Shown here one piece after another: positions 29,382 through 38,872 of a stretch of DNA of 64,000 bases. Source of the DNA: a virus. The stretch is from the UHGV virus genome UHGV-0332176, one strand, 5' to 3'. Each line of letters starts with the position of its first letter. The first letter of the stretch is position 1. The position numbers were made by a program, and so were the translations under genes. The notes below the pieces were generated by a model. It saw nothing but the letters and a program-made list of their open reading frames with translations. It was not told the origin of the DNA and made no database searches.

Positions 29382-30209
29382 TTATTTTATATTAAAATAT
29401 TCATCAAAATGAATTTCTAACACTTTAGCTTTTAAATCTTCGATTGTGCCATTATTTTCAAAAATATGCGTTGGATTATCAATGCCAACCCATCTCCATT
29501 CAGATTCGTGGATATTTTTAATTTCTGAAATTTCATCTTCTATAATCCAGTGTGCTGTGTTAGTATTACCATCAAAAGAACATAACCAATGTTCACCGTT
29601 ATACATATAATCTGATTTGGTACTAATAATTGAGCAAGTATTATATTTTTTTAATTTAATAGAAGATGGAATTTCTTTAAAATTCTTATAAGTTCCAATA
29701 AAGTTCGCATTTTCTGGAAAATTATTCCAAATTTTTCTATGTTCTTCAACTTTTCTAAACCATTTTGGTAATTTCCCACGCTCAACTCGCCAAATTTCAC
29801 CACCAATTCTTTTAATCATTTCAATTTCATTTGGAAAACGAACATCAGTAATAACAATATTTTTATCACTTTCCAAAATCTTTCTTTCAAGACAATCAAC
29901 CCAAATATTTTGATGTAATTGATTTCTTAAAAGATTAGTTCCTAAAAATTGTAAAGCATATCTTGGTGTAAAATCTTTACCCATTTTTTCTGACCAAAAT
30001 TTATCTGGTTGTTCTCTAATAGCTCTATCTTCAGGTGTTTCACCAGCAAGCATTTTCCTATCAAAACCAAATAATAGTGATGCTACATCTTTTAAATGAC
30101 TCGCAAATGACATTTTTTCCCAATTAGGTAAATTGTTAACTAAAATATCACCAACTGTATCTTTGCCAGCTCCCGCTAAACCACAAATACCAATAATTTT
30201 TTTATTCAT
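29382..30209 (-). CDS. deoxynucleoside monophosphate kinase (T4 gp1-like) with C-terminal extension
   Basis: P-loop ICGLAGAGKDTVGD and downstream blocks (HLKDVASLLFG; RYALQFLGTNLLRNQ...IWVD; IVITDVRFPNEIEMIKRIGGEIWRVERG) are collinear with T4 gp1. Confidence 0.65.
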   Translation of the reverse strand: MNKKIIGICGLAGAGKDTVGDILVNNLPNWEKMSFASHLKDVASLLFGFDRKMLAGETPEDRAIREQPDKFWSEKMGKDFTPRYALQFLGTNLLRNQLHQNIWVDCLERKILESDKNIVITDVRFPNEIEMIKRIGGEIWRVERGKLPKWFRKVEEHRKIWNNFPENANFIGTYKNFKEIPSSIKLKKYNTCSIISTKSDYMYNGEHWLCSFDGNTNTAHWIIEDEISEIKNIHESEWRWVGIDNPTHIFENNGTIEDLKAKVLEIHFDEYFNIK

Positions 30210-30296
30210 ATTTTTTCCTTACACTCATATATTCTTATAATTTTTAACATACAAAAATGCCTTTGTCAAGTTAATTTAACAAAGGCATTAAATATA

Positions 30297-31247
30297 TTAT
30301 CTAATAAGTAATGATTCATATGGTGTGAGATTTTCCCAACTTGAAAAAACATATATATCACTTTCATCTTTAAATGCAAATTCCATATTAATTATAACAA
30401 GTCTGTCCAAGCTATTTATATTAATATTTTTAATTCTTGCAGTTAAATTATTAGGAAGATATTGACAAAATTTATTAACAATATGTTGAGAGTGAGTTGC
30501 AATATCTTCATCTAAATTGAAATTCCATTCAGTTGTTGTTTCATCAGAATTTTTTAAAAATTCTTTCATTGCTTTTTTAATTTTTTTATTTCCCCATTTA
30601 TTCATTTCAAGTCTAGCTTTATTTAATTCAAATTTATTTTCTTTATCATAAAAATCATTATTATTAAAATCCTCAATGGATAAAATTGAATTTTCTAAAA
30701 ATTGTTTATCATCATCATTATGATTATATTTAGAATGATACATTAATGGTGTACCTGTTAAAGTTATTTTTTTTAAATATTCAGAATTTAAATCAATTGT
30801 ACGAAATTGTTTATTTAATTCTGTTTGCTTTGTAGGATTAATTTCTCCACCATATTTTTTAAAAGCATCAGCAAATGTTATGGGTTTTTCTTTCTTTTTA
30901 ATTTTTTTTAAAATTTTTTTTGTAAAATCTTTAACTTTTGAAAAGAAAATATCTAATTTTTTATTATTTTTTGAAATTTTATTAATTGGATTTTTAAAAT
31001 TAGAATTTTGATAATATTTTTCTAACGCATCCATAACATCATTATTAATATAATTTGTTATAATATCATTTGAAATACCTGAATTTACAATTTGTTCATA
31101 TTCTATATTCTCTTTAATAGACTGCGGTGATACTCCTGAATTATATAAAATTTTTGCAATAAGTTGAAGAAATTCATTTTTATATTTCTTCCATATTTTA
31201 TCATCATTTTTATACATATTTTTATATACTTTAAATAAACTAAACAT
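30297..31247 (-). CDS. hypothetical Lys-rich protein
   Basis: ORF track. Confidence 0.4.
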   Translation of the reverse strand: MFSLFKVYKNMYKNDDKIWKKYKNEFLQLIAKILYNSGVSPQSIKENIEYEQIVNSGISNDIITNYINNDVMDALEKYYQNSNFKNPINKISKNNKKLDIFFSKVKDFTKKILKKIKKKEKPITFADAFKKYGGEINPTKQTELNKQFRTIDLNSEYLKKITLTGTPLMYHSKYNHNDDDKQFLENSILSIEDFNNNDFYDKENKFELNKARLEMNKWGNKKIKKAMKEFLKNSDETTTEWNFNLDEDIATHSQHIVNKFCQYLPNNLTARIKNININSLDRLVIINMEFAFKDESDIYVFSSWENLTPYESLLIR

Positions 31248-31437
31248 TTTTTATCTCTCCTTAAAAAGTTAATAAGCAAAGTTAAACTTTTTACTCGTAA
31301 AAGTTAAATTTTAAATCTAACTTTGCTCAATTAGTTTATTTAGTATAATAAATAGGAAAAAATTAATCAAAATAAAAAATAGTATTTTTTACTTCTATTT
31401 TTGCAAGTATATTGGGGAAATTAAATCAAAGATAAAA

Positions 31438-31524
31438 TGGTGGGCATACCGAGAGTCGAACTCGGATGAGGATACCCCCGACAGATTTTAAGTCTGTTGC
31501 GTCTACCAATTCCGCCATACGCCC
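31438..31524 (-). tRNA. tRNA-Leu (anticodon UAA), type II with long variable arm
   Basis: Acceptor gggcgta/tatgccc, D-arm gcggaattggtagacgc, anticodon stem acaga/tctgt with loop ctTAAaa, variable arm cgggggtatcctcatcc, T-arm ccgag-ttcgact-ctcgg, encoded CCA. Confidence 0.8.
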
Positions 31525-31762
31525 TTAATAATTTTATTTATATTATATTTAAATATTATTATCAATATATTATAAATCACTTCTGCTCTGCAAAAACATT
31601 TTTGCTTGTATATTTAAATTATCATCCTTATTTAACTGCTACCTCAATTAACGGACATATTATTTGCAAGAGTAATTAATCCTTGGAAAATAAATGGTAG
31701 CTTTATTTCTGTAACTAATTACTGTGATTACCTCTACGTTCATATATATAACATTATATTTT

Positions 31763-32293
31763 TTAATTGTCAATACTTTTTTTATTATTTTTTTTACTTA
31801 CTAATTTATTTAAAAATTTCATTAATTGTTGTTTATCACAATCCATTAAATCGTTAAAATTTTTATAACTCATATGATTAAGTAAATCGTGATAACATCC
31901 TTCACAAACCTCTATTCCAAATAAATCAAATAAAGGTTCATCATCTTCATTCGGACATAAAAAACATCTTCCTTTTTTATTTAAATTATCTTTTTCATAA
32001 ACAGTCTTTGTAAATAAATTTAAAAATTTATTAAACATTGATTTTTTCTCCTCTTTTACTTGATTCCATTCTTGAATATTACGATTATAATATTCAGTAT
32101 CTGATTTATTTAATTGATTTGTATATATTTTAAAATTACAATCATTACAAATAGTATATGTATAAGCTAATGCTTTTTCAGGTTGCTGATAACATAAAGC
32201 TACAATTAAATCAATACCTGACCCAAAACCTAAATTTGTTGACCCACATTTAGGACAAGGTTTATATGGATAGATGTTACTATAATTATTCAT
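31763..32293 (-). CDS. hypothetical zinc-finger protein
   Basis: CPKCGS...CNDC and CEGCYH Cys clusters. Confidence 0.4.
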   Translation of the reverse strand: MNNYSNIYPYKPCPKCGSTNLGFGSGIDLIVALCYQQPEKALAYTYTICNDCNFKIYTNQLNKSDTEYYNRNIQEWNQVKEEKKSMFNKFLNLFTKTVYEKDNLNKKGRCFLCPNEDDEPLFDLFGIEVCEGCYHDLLNHMSYKNFNDLMDCDKQQLMKFLNKLVSKKNNKKSIDN

Positions 32294-32337
32294 TAAAAAT
32301 CTCCATAAATTATATATGGAGATTACACTATATTTAA

Positions 32338-33174
32338 TTATTTGTCAACAATTTTTTCTTCCGTTTTTTTATTCCATAAACCTTTTGCTTTTCTTTCTGC
32401 AAACGTTTCTTTAACAAAATGTTTAGAAATTTCATTTTCATAAATTTCTTTTTCTTGTTCATAATTATTAATTCTTTCATTTGCCATATCAATATATTCT
32501 TGTGAATTATCAATACCAATATAATTATGATTAAGAAATTTACAAGCTATCGCTGTTGTTCCTGAACCTATATATGGGTCAATAATTAATTTATTTGTTT
32601 CATTATCCAGTATAGAATATATGCATCTTAATGGAATTTGTAATGGAAAAGGTGCAGGATGATTTGACTTTTTTTCTGGTGATATTTCCCATACTGATGT
32701 TAGTAATGAATGTTTTGATTTCATTTCTGAACCAATTAAATTATTATTAATTGGTTTATATAGCCAATAAATTCGTTCTTCTATTTGCCAAAATCTATAA
32801 CCTCTAATATTAGATGCTATTTTTCTATTCCAAATAATTTCTTGTCGTATTGTCCAATCAGTTTTTCTTAACCAATCCATTGGATGAATCATATACCCTT
32901 TATCCCATCTTAATTTATGATTATAAAAAAATGAACCGCCAGGTTTTATTATTCTATATAATTCATTTAATACTTTAATTTGTAATTCTTGATAATTATT
33001 TTCAGGCATTGAATCATTATAAGAATTGTATTGAACATCTTTAACTAACCAACCTTTATTTTTTTTCCCAAACTTATTATAAGGCGGAGAAGTTATACCC
33101 ATATCTACACTATTAGAATCAAATTGTTTTAATGTTTCTAATGTATCACCAAAATATATTTTATTTACATTCAC
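32338..33174 (-). CDS. DNA methyltransferase (N6-adenine or N4-cytosine, beta-class motif order)
   Basis: Catalytic motif IV GITSPPYN precedes the AdoMet motif I DPYIGSGTT near the C-terminus. Confidence 0.75.
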   Translation of the reverse strand: MNVNKIYFGDTLETLKQFDSNSVDMGITSPPYNKFGKKNKGWLVKDVQYNSYNDSMPENNYQELQIKVLNELYRIIKPGGSFFYNHKLRWDKGYMIHPMDWLRKTDWTIRQEIIWNRKIASNIRGYRFWQIEERIYWLYKPINNNLIGSEMKSKHSLLTSVWEISPEKKSNHPAPFPLQIPLRCIYSILDNETNKLIIDPYIGSGTTAIACKFLNHNYIGIDNSQEYIDMANERINNYEQEKEIYENEISKHFVKETFAERKAKGLWNKKTEEKIVDK

Positions 33175-33796
33175 TTAAAAGCCTTTCATATAAATCTTTA
33201 ACAATATAAGATTTATAATATTCTAATTTAGTTTTTGATGCAATATAAATTAATTCTGCATCATCAATATAAGATTTATAATTAAATTGTAAACTTCGTA
33301 AATAATGATTTGGCTTTCTTGGTAAATGTGAATCACCAAAATAATTATATAACTTATTATAAAAATGTGTTTTTAATTTTGGAGAATCATACTTTATTTT
33401 AAAAATATAAATTAATTTTCCATCTATAAAACCACCTATTAATAATGTTGGATTTTCTTTTAAATGCTTATGGTATCTATCCCAAGTATAATCACTATAA
33501 GAACCAGACCCATTTAATTTTTCAGGTTTTTGCTTGGAAGTATCACAATTACTTAATTTAACTTCACAAAATCCTTCTTCATTTTGTCCATCATATCCTA
33601 ATTTAGATAATAATGGTTGATAATTACATTCATATAAAATAGTTCTTTCACGAGCAGTAGATGAATTTTTATCATTAATAAATTGCTTTATTAATTGTAT
33701 AATAATTTCTTTATTATTTTCTTTATTTAATGTTTGATTAAATTCTTGAATTTTATCAGTTGAATAAAAATATATTAATTTATCTATGATATTCAT
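33161..33796 (-). CDS. hypothetical protein
   Basis: ORF track; overlaps the methyltransferase start by 14 nt. Confidence 0.4.
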   Translation of the reverse strand: MNIIDKLIYFYSTDKIQEFNQTLNKENNKEIIIQLIKQFINDKNSSTARERTILYECNYQPLLSKLGYDGQNEEGFCEVKLSNCDTSKQKPEKLNGSGSYSDYTWDRYHKHLKENPTLLIGGFIDGKLIYIFKIKYDSPKLKTHFYNKLYNYFGDSHLPRKPNHYLRSLQFNYKSYIDDAELIYIASKTKLEYYKSYIVKDLYERLLSECK

Positions 33797-33826
33797 TTAA
33801 TATCAATAACTCCCACATAAAAATTT

Positions 33827-33913
33827 TGGAAGTCTGGACGAGATTCGAACTCGCATCATCTTTTCAGATATACGGTTTTGCAGACCGCTGTATAGCCATT
33901 CTACCACCAGACT
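33827..33913 (-). tRNA. tRNA with anticodon GCA (Cys-type) but atypically long 17-nt variable arm
   Basis: Acceptor agtctgg/ccagact perfect, anticodon stem gcggt/accgt with loop ctGCAaa, extra arm atatctgaaaagatgat, T-arm gcgag-ttcgaat-ctcgt, encoded CCA; identity uncertain. Confidence 0.55.
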
Positions 33914-33920
33914 TATAAAA

Positions 33921-33995
33921 TGGTACGGTAAGTGAGAATCGAACTCACATATTCAGCTTGGAAGGCTGACGTAATAGCCATTATACCATTACCGC
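33921..33995 (-). tRNA. tRNA-Gly (anticodon UCC)
   Basis: Acceptor gcggtaa/ttaccgt, anticodon stem tcagc/gctga with loop ctTCCaa, T-arm gtgag-ttcgatt-ctcac, encoded CCA. Confidence 0.75.
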
Positions 33996-34000
33996 ATTAA

Positions 34001-34075
34001 TGGAGCGACTTGCGAGAATCGAACTCACATCTAAACCTTGGCAAGGTCTTGTATTAACCATTATACGAAAGTCGC
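34001..34075 (-). tRNA. tRNA-Gly (anticodon GCC)
   Basis: Acceptor gcgactt/aagtcgc perfect, anticodon stem agacc/ggttt with loop ttGCCaa, T-arm gtgag-ttcgatt-ctcgc, encoded CCA. Confidence 0.75.
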
Positions 34076-34081
34076 AAATAT

Positions 34082-34155
34082 TGGCAGGAGCATAGGGATT
34101 TGAACCCCAACAGACAGTTTTGGAGACTGTAATGCTACCGTTACATCATACTCCT
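34082..34155 (-). tRNA. tRNA-Trp (anticodon CCA)
   Basis: Acceptor aggagta/tgctcct (one U-G pair), anticodon stem acagt/actgt with loop ctCCAaa, T-arm tgggg-ttcaaat-cccta, encoded CCA. Confidence 0.7.
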
Positions 34156-34185
34156 TTAATAATTTTATTTATTATAATAATATTT

Positions 34186-34722
34186 TTATTTAATAATATC
34201 AATATATTTTTTATTAATTTCTTTAACAAGCCAAACGTTATTATCAGAAATATAAAATTCAATACCATCAGCTAACATTTGTTTAGCATCAATAGATAAA
34301 ATAATTGTTTTACCTTTTCTTCTATCACCAACTTTTTTAGCTGTTTCAATATCATTTGATAAATGAACATATTGCCTTTTCATAGGTAATAATCCTTTTT
34401 TCATAATTGAAGGAATATTACTTTCTTGTGTTCCGTGATATAAAATAATTGGTGGGATAGATTTCTTAAAATGTATATCTACATCTTTTGTTGTATGTCC
34501 TTGATTAGCTCTAATTTTTGTACCATCTTCTGATATAGAAAATCGTTTCTTATCATTTGTATCAACAATTTCTTTAATTATATCATAAGATAATTTCATT
34601 TCAGAATTATCAATAATATATTGTATATCTCCCCATCCTTCTTTATCTAATTTCAATTTAATAATTTCTGGTTTATGGCGTAGAATATAACTCAAATACT
34701 TACTAATTTCTATATTATTCAT
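34186..34722 (-). CDS. kptA: RNA 2'-phosphotransferase Tpt1/KptA family
   Basis: Family signature blocks in order: LSYILRH.P...L..D.EGW, KKRF.I......IRANQGH, LYHGT.....SI...GL.PM.R..VHLS.D...A..VG.RR, then ILSIDA and FY.S.N.VWL. Confidence 0.75.
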   Translation of the reverse strand: MNNIEISKYLSYILRHKPEIIKLKLDKEGWGDIQYIIDNSEMKLSYDIIKEIVDTNDKKRFSISEDGTKIRANQGHTTKDVDIHFKKSIPPIILYHGTQESNIPSIMKKGLLPMKRQYVHLSNDIETAKKVGDRRKGKTIILSIDAKQMLADGIEFYISDNNVWLVKEINKKYIDIIK

Positions 34723-34798
34723 AATATATACCTATAAAAAAAATAATGAGTGATTCCTAAATAGTTAGGATTAAATCTGTCACTCACAGATTATAATA

Positions 34799-35038
34799 TT
34801 ATTTTACACCAACAACTTCACGATAATCTACAATGTCAGCGTCTTTAACATTTGGTACTTCATTATCTGTATAAATAGTTGCTTCTAGTAATGGACCAAA
34901 ATTATTAGTATGAGCATTATAATATGCAGAATATGCAATACCTTTTTTCTTCAATACAAGCATTGTTTTAGGACGTGTCCAATCAGCATTGCTTTTACCA
35001 ATTTCACTCAATAATTTTTCTTTTACTTCTTCAGTCAT
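34799..35038 (-). CDS. hypothetical protein
   Basis: ORF track. Confidence 0.35.
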   Translation of the reverse strand: MTEEVKEKLLSEIGKSNADWTRPKTMLVLKKKGIAYSAYYNAHTNNFGPLLEATIYTDNEVPNVKDADIVDYREVVGVK

Positions 35039-35050
35039 TTTATTCCTCTC

Positions 35051-35290
35051 TTATTTTGATATTTTAATATTTTCTTTTAAAAAACCTGTTACAAATCCTA
35101 AAAATGCTCCCACTTGAAACATAGTAACATTTGTAATACCTAATTGGGCTAAAATTCCAAGAATTGTATCTTCAAATGCAAGTCCAACAATCCAACCTGC
35201 AACTCCACCAAAAAATGTTGAAGCAATACAAGAAACTACAATTAGTATTGGAGTTAAAATAGCAAATAAAACAATCATCATTTTATTCAT
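35051..35290 (-). CDS. small membrane protein with 2-3 TM helices (holin-like by size and topology only)
   Basis: 79 aa, hydrophobic segments IVLFAILTPILIVVSCIASTFFGGVAGWIVGLAF and VGAFLGFVTGFL, charged C-terminus. Confidence 0.3.
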   Translation of the reverse strand: MNKMMIVLFAILTPILIVVSCIASTFFGGVAGWIVGLAFEDTILGILAQLGITNVTMFQVGAFLGFVTGFLKENIKISK

Positions 35291-35769
35291 TTTCTTTTAA
35301 CCTTTTCTGTTACGACAAATGAAGTTGCTGTTTCAGTAATAACTTCATCTGTTTCCTGAACAATAAATCCTTTAAATTTAATATTATAAATGGTTTCATT
35401 TTTTTTAAATAGTTTTCCTTTTTTAGTTTCCTTAACTATAGAAGCTACTTCATCTTTATATTTGTAGTTTTCAATTATGTCAAGCATTTTTTTAAGTTTT
35501 GGATTTGAATTTAATTCAGTTTCATCAATTTTAATTTCAACTACATTTTCAAGAATAGAACGAGCAAAATAATAACCATTAATTATTTCACATTTTTTTC
35601 CTTTAAAATAAAAGATAGGTGATTCATTATCTGTTGGAATATGAACAATATCTGCTTTATAAACTTCATATCTCCACCCAATTTTAGAATAAAATTTGTG
35701 AATATTTTCATTCCAAATCACTTCATATGAAGGAGTTTTTGCTTCACAATCTTTAATTATCCAAACCAT
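35287..35769 (-). CDS. hypothetical protein
   Basis: ORF track. Confidence 0.35.
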   Translation of the reverse strand: MVWIIKDCEAKTPSYEVIWNENIHKFYSKIGWRYEVYKADIVHIPTDNESPIFYFKGKKCEIINGYYFARSILENVVEIKIDETELNSNPKLKKMLDIIENYKYKDEVASIVKETKKGKLFKKNETIYNIKFKGFIVQETDEVITETATSFVVTEKVKRK

Positions 35770-35772
35770 TAA

Positions 35773-36066
35773 TTATTCTCCCAAATCATTGAAAGTTAAT
35801 ACACGATTAATATATCTTTCTAATGGAACATATGAACCATCTTTCATTTGAATTAAACATTCAGAAAAAATTGGACGTTTTGTATTTTTTTCATATGTGT
35901 AACCAGTATAAGCACAAGATACTTTATCAACCATAAAATTTCCAAAACCAACAAGGCAAAGTAATGCAAGAACAGCAATTACACTAATTTTAAAATCACG
36001 TTTAGTAAATATGTCATCATCTTCCCAATCTTCTTCAATTTTTTTTCTCAAAAACCAATCAAACAT
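35773..36066 (-). CDS. hypothetical membrane protein
   Basis: TM segment VIAVLALLCLVGFGNFMV. Confidence 0.35.
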   Translation of the reverse strand: MFDWFLRKKIEEDWEDDDIFTKRDFKISVIAVLALLCLVGFGNFMVDKVSCAYTGYTYEKNTKRPIFSECLIQMKDGSYVPLERYINRVLTFNDLGE

Positions 36067-36454
36067 TTTCTTTACCTTTCTTTTTCAAAGTTGCACATTT
36101 CATAAATTCTTCATAAGTTGAATTCAATTTACCATTATAAAATTTTCGTGCCACATAATCAGATGTAAATGGTGATTTAAAAATACTTTTAAATACATCT
36201 TTAATCTGATTCAATGTTTCAGGAAAACCTACCATTATAACAGATGGAATAAACATCAAAGTCACCCATAATAGTAATAATGGTGTATACCAATGCTCAA
36301 TTTCTAAATGTTCATCTTTTACATAATAACGGTATTTTATCATACCATATCTAAATTTCCTTAAAGGAAATAATTTTTTATGGTCTTTCATTGATAAAGA
36401 ATATTCATCATATCCTTTTTCTAATAACGGAATATACTTATATTCTTTACCCAT
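36059..36454 (-). CDS. hypothetical membrane protein
   Basis: TM segment LLLLWVTLMFIPSVIMVGF. Confidence 0.35.
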   Translation of the reverse strand: MGKEYKYIPLLEKGYDEYSLSMKDHKKLFPLRKFRYGMIKYRYYVKDEHLEIEHWYTPLLLLWVTLMFIPSVIMVGFPETLNQIKDVFKSIFKSPFTSDYVARKFYNGKLNSTYEEFMKCATLKKKGKENV

Positions 36455-36456
36455 TT

Positions 36457-36687
36457 TTAATTTCCTTCTTTTTTGTCAAGTGTAAAATATCTCTTTAAAT
36501 CAAATCCTTTTAGAGATGGCATATAATAACCATCTTTACCAGTATTTTTTACTCGGTATGTATTACCAGAAACGTCTTGCATCCATATACTTTTTTCAGT
36601 TACTTTAGTGACTGTTCTGGTGCTTATTACTCTATCAGACCAATCGTGATGACTTGAAAATGTATCTCCAACTTTAACTTCAACCAT
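36457..36687 (-). CDS. hypothetical protein
   Basis: ORF track. Confidence 0.35.
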   Translation of the reverse strand: MVEVKVGDTFSSHHDWSDRVISTRTVTKVTEKSIWMQDVSGNTYRVKNTGKDGYYMPSLKGFDLKRYFTLDKKEGN

Positions 36688-36771
36688 TTTAATTTCCTTT
36701 CATTAAAAATATCATCATTTGATATTGGTACTATAACATACAAAAATAACTTGTCAAGAACTTTTTTTAAT

Positions 36772-37368
36772 TTATTTTATATTTAATTTTTCTTTTATTT
36801 CTTCCCACGACCAAGGTTCATAATTATGTGTATCAACCCCAATATCCATACAATTGATATTTTGATGTGGCATTAATTTCGTAAAATCAGCTAAATTAAA
36901 TTTTCCGTGAGTATGACCATACAAATGAATTGACCCGTGCCAAGCACAATCCCATTCTGCTATTGGATAATGAGATAATATAATTCTATTGTCATCAATA
37001 ATAATTCGTTTATATGGAACAATTTCTGCCCATACATTTGATAATTGATGTGGTATAAGTTTATCGTGATTACCAATTATTAAATATTTAATACCATTCA
37101 TTTTAGAAAATGTTTGTTGGATTTTATCAGAATTCCAACCCCAACAAACGTCTCCTAAAACATATATAATATCATTTACACCAACTTTTTTATTCCAACG
37201 CTTAATAATTTCTTCATTCATTTGCTGAACAGATGCAAATGGTCTATTTGAATGTCGTATACTATTTGTATGGTCTAAATGTAAATCACTTGTAAAAAAT
37301 ATCATTTTATTCATCACCATACATAATTGGTTCAGCATCATAAAAATAAGTTTCAACCTTATTTTCAA
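36772..37368 (-). CDS. calcineurin-like metallophosphoesterase (small phosphatase/phosphodiesterase)
   Basis: MPP motifs in order: FFTSDLHLDH, VLGDVCWG, IIGNHD, LSHYP, LYGHTHG. Confidence 0.65.
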   Translation of the reverse strand: MKIRLKLIFMMLNQLCMVMNKMIFFTSDLHLDHTNSIRHSNRPFASVQQMNEEIIKRWNKKVGVNDIIYVLGDVCWGWNSDKIQQTFSKMNGIKYLIIGNHDKLIPHQLSNVWAEIVPYKRIIIDDNRIILSHYPIAEWDCAWHGSIHLYGHTHGKFNLADFTKLMPHQNINCMDIGVDTHNYEPWSWEEIKEKLNIK

Positions 37369-38218
37369 CTTTTTTCATAATTGGTAATTGTAATTCTTGA
37401 ACTTCACTACGCATTACCATATTATTTTCAGGTCTTTTATCAGTAGGTATTTTAGATAATGTTTCTTCATCAAGAACTTTCATTACATTAACTCTTTTGA
37501 AATAAGACCCTCTTTTAAGAAATGGTTTAATATCATTAAAATTAATACCTTTTTCTTGAAATAGCATTTCATTCATTTCTGCTGTTGATTTACCTTGTAA
37601 TTCTTTATGACTAAAATTTGCTTGTGCAACCATACTAACAGCATTTCGTGCAGCATCATTTTCTCGCCATACAAAAGCATTAGCTAATTCTATCATATTT
37701 GGTAATTGAAAGACACGACAATCAAAATTTGGTTTAAGATTTTCAACTTTTTCTTTTAATTTCGGATATTTCATACAATTTAAAACAAAAGATACAGTTG
37801 CCATTGATGCAAGAACAGATGTTAATTTAAATAATCTTCCATCAAACGGTGCTTTACTCATATCTTCCCAAGCTAATGAAATTTCATCTGACTGAACATA
37901 TCCAAGTTTTGCATTTGTCTGTTTTACTAAATCTTGACAAACCTCTCTCATAACTGCAACAAATTCCATATCAAATGGTTTATCTAATCCACGACAAAAA
38001 GTATGAAAAGCACGACCATCTAATCTAACATATACAGGTAATCTTGGCATTAACATTGTTGATGTTGTTAATGCTTCATAAGTTTTCATACGGTCTCCCA
38101 AATTATCATTTATCATTTTAATATCCTTTAAATTTACTACAAAAACAAATCCGTTTTTTTCTTCTTTTTTCTCTTTTAAACATTGCAAAATCAATTCTTT
38201 TACAAATTGTATTTTCAA
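37307..38218 (-). CDS. Thg1-like protein (tRNA-His guanylyltransferase family, 3'-5' nucleotidyltransferase); true start probably the internal Met near 38116
   Basis: LPVYVRLDGRAFHTF and YVQSDEISL match the Thg1 catalytic blocks (VRIDGRGFHKF; SDEYSF); the N-terminal 34 aa of the track ORF overlap the upstream gene frame. Confidence 0.65.
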   Translation of the reverse strand: MKIQFVKELILQCLKEKKEEKNGFVFVVNLKDIKMINDNLGDRMKTYEALTTSTMLMPRLPVYVRLDGRAFHTFCRGLDKPFDMEFVAVMREVCQDLVKQTNAKLGYVQSDEISLAWEDMSKAPFDGRLFKLTSVLASMATVSFVLNCMKYPKLKEKVENLKPNFDCRVFQLPNMIELANAFVWRENDAARNAVSMVAQANFSHKELQGKSTAEMNEMLFQEKGINFNDIKPFLKRGSYFKRVNVMKVLDEETLSKIPTDKRPENNMVMRSEVQELQLPIMKKVENKVETYFYDAEPIMYGDE

Positions 38219-38468
38219 ATATGTAATTTTCTAATTCAGTTAAAAAACTGTTATATAAATCATAATTCCAAATTTTACCTTTATATGGTTTTATCATATT
38301 TTTAATATGTGCCATTTGTTCTACAGAAAAGTAATTTAGTCTAATATATAAACAAGTATTTTTCCATATTCTTAAAGATAAACAAGGTATATTATATGGA
38401 AACATTGTATTTGTTAATTTATTAATATACCTATCACAAACAAAATTAACTTTTTTCTTATTTCTCAA
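38118..38468 (-). CDS. hypothetical protein
   Basis: ORF track. Confidence 0.35.
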   Translation of the reverse strand: MRNKKKVNFVCDRYINKLTNTMFPYNIPCLSLRIWKNTCLYIRLNYFSVEQMAHIKNMIKPYKGKIWNYDLYNSFLTELENYIFENTICKRIDFAMFKREKRRKKRICFCSKFKGY

Positions 38469-38635
38469 TTAAACTTCTCCGTTTATTTCTTTACATTCAT
38501 ATAATTTTAAAGTTAATTCTTTGTTTTCAAACATTTTCTTTGCTGTTTGAAATTCCTCTACTGAATCACAAGATAAAACTTCAGTATTTATATTACCAAC
38601 ATCATCTCTCATAATCATTTCAATAACATATTTCA

Positions 38636-38863
38636 TCAGTTTATCTCCTCTCTAAGAGTTTTATTATATTTTGAAGCATTTTTTAAAACTTTATTAAATG
38701 TTTCAACTTCAACTTCACCTGTTTCAGGATTTAAATATTCCGAATAAGTTAAATCACATTTATCGTGATAACTTACATCAAGAATTAAAAGTTGTTTTTT
38801 TCCTTCTGTTATTAAACCACTTTCACCAGCAGAAACACTATCAATTTTTATAAAGTATCTCAT
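38636..38863 (-). CDS. hypothetical protein
   Basis: ORF track. Confidence 0.3.
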   Translation of the reverse strand: MRYFIKIDSVSAGESGLITEGKKQLLILDVSYHDKCDLTYSEYLNPETGEVEVETFNKVLKNASKYNKTLREEIN

Positions 38864-38872
38864 AAAAACTCC

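Noticed and set aside
31250-31760. Possible ncRNA in the non-coding regions flanking tRNA-Leu
   Set aside because: Only AT-rich imperfect inverted repeats are present. There is no conserved structure or compositional signal to support a call.
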